Part shown: one piece after another, positions 35,582 to 38,767 of the stretch
Position numbering within the stretch: position 1 is the first letter of the stretch
How the letters are laid out: each line of letters begins with the position of its first letter
Source of the DNA: a virus
Taxonomy: Duplodnaviria; Caudoviricetes
IMG/VR virus record: IMGVR_UViG_3300032312_001354
Coordinates: 1 to 38,767 of that record
Direction: 5' to 3' (one strand)
DNA: 38,767 nucleotides
Position numbers and translations under genes: made by a program
The notes under the pieces: model-generated
The model's database searches: none
What the model was told of the DNA's origin: nothing
The model's input: the letters and a program-made list of their open reading frames with translations, nothing else

Positions 35582-35714
35582 ATACTAATTATAGGTGTTT
35601 GGGGAACAAATGTCAAATATCGTAATCGAAAAATCTGGGAAATATTATTTGATCATCTTAATGAAGATTATTAAAAATCTCAATTCGGACATTTAGGACA
35701 CCTAGGAAATTTTG

Positions 35715-35788
35715 CGATCCGTACGGGACTTGAACCCGTGACCTCCACCGTGACAGGGTGGCGAACTAACCAACTATTCTAACGGACC
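35715..35788 (-). tRNA. tRNA-Asp(GUC)
   Basis: GGTCCGT/ACGGATC, CCACC-CTGTCAC-GGTGG, TTCAAGT, discriminator G. Confidence 0.93.
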
Positions 35789-35791
35789 ATG

Positions 35792-35823
35792 TGAGCAGTT
35801 TTTGCATCCACTTGCTCAGGTGG
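35792..35823 (-). ncRNA. Repeated pseudoknot motif, copy B
   Basis: CCAC-CTGAGCA-A-GTGG-ATGCAAAAAC-TGCTCA. Confidence 0.65.
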
Positions 35824-35839
35824 CATTTATTAAATTGTG

Positions 35840-36856
35840 TTATGCGATTTGCATAACATTCTGTACAACTTTCAGCAGACGATTTTTCTCTGCGTTGATA
35901 GCAGGGTCAAATCCGCTTGCGCTTGCAAGAATAGATTCGTTAGAACCACCACGAGCAGAACGGTACCAATCAAGGCGTTCAGTTAGTGCATTGAAAGCAC
36001 CCCAAGCATTACCAGCAATCATGCCGTTAAACTCGCCTGTGTAGATGTCATTGATAACATCAACCTTGTTTTCCCACTTCTTGAAAGCACCCTTAGAATC
36101 CTTTTCAGGCTTTGGGTATGCAGCAAGAATGATGTCGTTAAATTGCTTAGCATTGATTTCTGTTTCAATCATAGCCTTAGCCATGAGGTCAAAAGAATCC
36201 ATGTACTTGTGAGCCATGCCAAGAGTCTCACGAGCAACGGCAACCTTACCAGAAGCGGTCTGAGTGTGGCGAATCTTGAAAGATTGCTTGACACCATTCT
36301 TTTTCTTAGTTGTATTTAGTGCAAGGTTAAGAGTGTTAGCGCACACAACACGAACAGGTGTAATGCTTGCTTGAATAGCGATTGAACCGTCATGTGATGT
36401 GTTGATAAGTAAATAAGTTTTTACCTTATCTGCAACACCGTTAGGGTCAAGAATTGTTTCACGCTCTAATGCTAATGCACCGAATACGACACGACCACCC
36501 TTGATTGAGCCAGCCGTCTCCCAACGACCACCACCATCAAGAATGTTGTCACCGAATGAGAATAAATCTTCATTCTGCATAACATGATAACGCTCACCAA
36601 CGACACCAAGAATGTCGGTTTGTGTGTTATCTGTTGGGTTAGTACGCAAAACATACTGGTATGCTTTGTCGCTTGTTAGATGTGTAGGGGTTTCCAAATC
36701 TTCCAGACGAACATTCCAATTATTTAGATTGGCAGCAGCAAGCATTTCGCTTGTTGTTTTTTCTTCTGTAAATACGGTACCCAATCCATGCCAAGCGGGT
36801 TCACGAAATGATGCAAAACTTGCTACGCCATTTTGTGTTTCGAGTTCATGTGCCAT
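35840..36856 (-). CDS. DUF932 (TIGR03299-type phage/plasmid) protein
   Basis: MAHE...PAWHGLG, LGVVG.RY..QN, ETAG...GG..VF, SHDGS, TPVRVVCANTL, IRHT, WGAFNALTE..D. Confidence 0.88.
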   Translation of the reverse strand: MAHELETQNGVASFASFREPAWHGLGTVFTEEKTTSEMLAAANLNNWNVRLEDLETPTHLTSDKAYQYVLRTNPTDNTQTDILGVVGERYHVMQNEDLFSFGDNILDGGGRWETAGSIKGGRVVFGALALERETILDPNGVADKVKTYLLINTSHDGSIAIQASITPVRVVCANTLNLALNTTKKKNGVKQSFKIRHTQTASGKVAVARETLGMAHKYMDSFDLMAKAMIETEINAKQFNDIILAAYPKPEKDSKGAFKKWENKVDVINDIYTGEFNGMIAGNAWGAFNALTERLDWYRSARGGSNESILASASGFDPAINAEKNRLLKVVQNVMQIA

Positions 36857-36888
36857 GAGTTTTCTCCTTTGTTGTTGTTGTTAATACA

Positions 36889-36917
36889 ATCATACACGAA
36901 TGGTCTGACAAATGCAA
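36889..36917 (-). promoter_or_regulatory. Promoter with TGTCAG spacer motif
   Basis: TTGCAT-N17-TATGAT with TGTCAG exactly 10 nt before the -10 box. Confidence 0.6.
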
Positions 36918-36989
36918 ATCGGTATAGTTAAACATGGGCAAATCGGACATTTTTTTTAATGTGATCGTAAACACATGTGATGTTAGTCA

Positions 36990-37009
36990 TGTGGATAACC
37001 TGTGGATAA
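36990..37009 (-). promoter_or_regulatory. Two perfect DnaA boxes
   Basis: TGTGGATAA at 36990 and 37001 (11-bp spacing, as at 32100/32111). Confidence 0.7.
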
Positions 37010-37042
37010 CTTTTGCCCCCTAGGAAATTTTTGGGGAATGAG

Positions 37043-37068
37043 GAGCAGTTTTAAAACATGCTCAGGTT
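37043..37068 (-). ncRNA. Repeated pseudoknot motif, copy C
   Basis: AAC-CTGAGCA-T-GTT-TTAAAAC-TGCTC. Confidence 0.6.
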
Positions 37069-37085
37069 GTATTAGTAGCCCCCTA

Positions 37086-37511
37086 CTAAATATCTATACG
37101 GTCCACACTGGATGATAAATAAGTTACGCCTTGTGGCTCTGATACAGAATCAAAATCAATATCATGAATTAAATTCATTGCTGATTCTTCATCTCGTGCA
37201 TTGACTGTAATTGAATATTGAACTGTAACTTCCAATTCAAATTCTTTTGTTAGTTCAAATCCGCAAATCTCGGCGATTGCTTCTGCTTGCTCTTCTGTGA
37301 TATCTTGATTTTCTAATTCACCAAGGGTCCACTCTTGCATTAATCCAATCATTGTATTGCGGTCTGCAGAATCTGCATATGAGCGCTGAGTTACTTTTTG
37401 AATGTGCTCTTCAAGTTGCTGAATACGCTCTTTGTTTTGTACAAGAGTAGTTTCTAAAAACTCTCGTGTCATGTAGTGCTTTGGTTCTTCTGTTACTGTT
37501 ACCTGGTCCAT
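37086..37511 (-). CDS. Acidic hypothetical phage protein with coiled coil
   Basis: Start set at MDQV behind gaaagagg. Confidence 0.72.
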   Translation of the reverse strand: MDQVTVTEEPKHYMTREFLETTLVQNKERIQQLEEHIQKVTQRSYADSADRNTMIGLMQEWTLGELENQDITEEQAEAIAEICGFELTKEFELEVTVQYSITVNARDEESAMNLIHDIDFDSVSEPQGVTYLSSSVDRIDI

Positions 37512-37542
37512 GGGGGCCTCTTTCTGTTTGTTGGTTAATTTA

Positions 37543-37564
37543 ATTGTACTGGGTGCCACTGACA
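37543..37564 (-). promoter_or_regulatory. Promoter with TGTCAG spacer motif
   Basis: TGTCAG-N10-TACAAT. Confidence 0.55.
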
Positions 37565-37627
37565 AATTTTATACCCACTCCACCAGGGGATCCTTGCTAA
37601 CCATAGCGTGAAACGCAGGGGAGAGGG

Positions 37628-37655
37628 TGAGCAGTTTAGCGACATACTCAGGTCG
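37628..37655 (-). ncRNA. Repeated pseudoknot motif, copy D
   Basis: CGAC-CTGAGTA-T-GTCG-CTAAAC-TGCTCA. Confidence 0.65.
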
Positions 37656-37667
37656 TTTATTATCTAA

Positions 37668-38090
37668 TTATAGATAACGAGATACCGCTTGGTAGGTTGA
37701 TGTGGAAACTGTTTCCTCATCTGTCATCTTTAGGATACGGATTGCGTTTTCGATTTCCTGCTTCATTTCCTTGTAGGTGTGAGAACCCATTTGCTCAAAG
37801 TCACGCTCAGGCTCTGCTGGCAGTTCTGATTGTGTAACTGTCAAATCAAAGTCAATGTTCAGGGTGTTATTCCATGAACGATAGTTAGTGCGAAAGTTCT
37901 CTGCCTTCTTGATGTTAGCAGTTGCATAAGCAGTAAGTTCCTTCTGCCACTTTTCTCTTGCCTTTGTGTATTTTGCTTCGTTTGCTTCTTGATTAGCATA
38001 GTTAGCGTTAAGTTCTACCAACTTTGCCTCAAGTGCCTTGATGATTTTAGGTGTTGCGATTTTTACTGAGATTGCTTTTCCTCTTGCCAT
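37668..38090 (-). CDS. Hypothetical phage protein
   Basis: SD aaagga; 140 aa, helical. Confidence 0.78.
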   Translation of the reverse strand: MARGKAISVKIATPKIIKALEAKLVELNANYANQEANEAKYTKAREKWQKELTAYATANIKKAENFRTNYRSWNNTLNIDFDLTVTQSELPAEPERDFEQMGSHTYKEMKQEIENAIRILKMTDEETVSTSTYQAVSRYL

Positions 38091-38124
38091 GTGGGTCTTT
38101 TCCTTTACTATTAGGGGGTTGGGT

Positions 38125-38153
38125 TGAGCAGTTTGTATTCATGCTCAGGAATA
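38125..38153 (-). ncRNA. Repeated pseudoknot motif, copy E
   Basis: TATTC-CTGAGCA-T-GAATA-CAAAC-TGCTCA. Confidence 0.65.
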
Positions 38154-38163
38154 ACTAATTGGA

Positions 38164-38328
38164 TTACTTAGCCGTCCAAGTTGTATAGCGGTGTGTGCCA
38201 TTGACATCTAACTTAACACGAACATTTCCGTTAGCCTGTGGTTCGATTGCTACGATTGTGCCTGTGACCTTTGACTTCTGTGTTGTGTAGAGGTCGCCTA
38301 CCTTGTATGTTGCTGTTGCTACTGACAT
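38164..38328 (-). CDS. 54-aa beta-rich (SH3/KOW-like) protein
   Basis: SD aaggag; MSVATATYKVGDLYTTQKSKVTGTIVAIEPQANGNVRVKLDVNGTHRYTTWTAK. Confidence 0.7.
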   Translation of the reverse strand: MSVATATYKVGDLYTTQKSKVTGTIVAIEPQANGNVRVKLDVNGTHRYTTWTAK

Positions 38329-38357
38329 TTATTTCTCCTTTGTTGTTGTATGTATTA

Positions 38358-38387
38358 AGTATAACATTTCCTACTGACATTTTTCAA
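38358..38387 (-). promoter_or_regulatory. Promoter with TGTCAG spacer motif
   Basis: TTGAAA-N18-TATACT with TGTCAG exactly 10 nt before the -10 box. Confidence 0.6.
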
Positions 38388-38636
38388 GTTGATACCTGAA
38401 TAATCTCACTATGTGGAATTGTTATTTTGTTATGTTATAAGTATAGCAAAAAATCTCATAAATCGCAAATCCTGGGGAGGGTCTGGGGTGTGACCTTAAT
38501 TACATCTTAAAGGCGTGTCTAAACTTGACAAATAAAAAGTTTTGCGCCTAGGCGCTCCATTTCACAACGGTGCAGAAAAAATAACAAATAAAAAAAATGC
38601 AGTTAAAAATAAAATAATTATTTGTTGCATGCTATC

Positions 38637-38767
38637 TCATTTCTTAGTTGCAGAAAAAATTATGTCACTCTTAGAGTATACACAAAGTGAGCAAGAAACG
38701 CAAGCCGAGCCAGCCGATGAGATAAGTGGAATTTGTTTATTATTCTCAGGACACTTAGCAGCAGGGC
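38637..38767 (-). CDS. C-terminal fragment of a Cys-rich protein (GP88-like), begins beyond the window
   Basis: ...PAAKCPENNKQIPLISSAGSACVSCSLCVYSKSDIIFSATKK*; CP...CxxCxLC pattern. Confidence 0.5.
   Translation of the reverse strand, partial: PAAKCPENNKQIPLISSAGSACVSCSLCVYSKSDIIFSATKK

Noticed and set aside
35792-35823. Pseudoknot motif as a hammerhead or theta/HDV-like ribozyme
   Set aside because: CTGAGCA...AAAC lacks the hammerhead CUGANGA/GAAA core; theta ribozymes lie 3' of tRNAs and need a nested double pseudoknot, whereas this copy is 5' of tRNA-Asp with only two stems
35792-38153. Pseudoknot copies as ordinary intrinsic terminators
   Set aside because: No U-tract follows them in the sense direction, and loop sequence conservation plus a second covarying stem is not expected of terminators
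1-38767. Bacterial secondary-metabolite cluster or integrated prophage
   Set aside because: No NRPS/PKS scaffold, housekeeping operons, integrase or att site; dense small hypothetical genes, tRNAs lacking encoded CCA, HNH, DUF932 and a PseT-like gene indicate a phage genome
1-38767. Stop-codon reassignment
   Set aside because: Recognisable genes are full length in the standard code, all three stops are used, and no suppressor tRNA is seen

Overview
Segment of a large, AT-rich dsDNA phage genome, most likely a freshwater actinobacterial phage (WhiB-family regulator, pervasive leaderless sigma-A-type promoters, seven tRNAs, Hsp20, CHAP amidase, HNH, DUF932). No capsid, terminase, polymerase, integrase or CRISPR is visible. 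Genes run mainly on + up to ~21.5 kb and mainly on - afterwards. The left and middle parts carry an unusually dense set of modification enzymes: three 2OG-Fe(II) oxygenases, a GT60/Gnt1-like glycosyltransferase, three DUF6065-like proteins, two SGNH-like proteins, a CmcH/NodU carbamoyltransferase, a flavin-dependent halogenase, an APS-kinase/nucleotidyltransferase fusion, five sulfotransferase-fold paralogs, three methyltransferases (one RsmI-like) and a luciferase-like monooxygenase. The non-coding sequence contains five copies of a ~28-nt motif with a covarying stem that folds as an H-type pseudoknot, two candidate stand-alone ncRNAs, and an origin-like region with perfect DnaA boxes and phased repeats. 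All family assignments come from motif recognition by eye; no searches were run.
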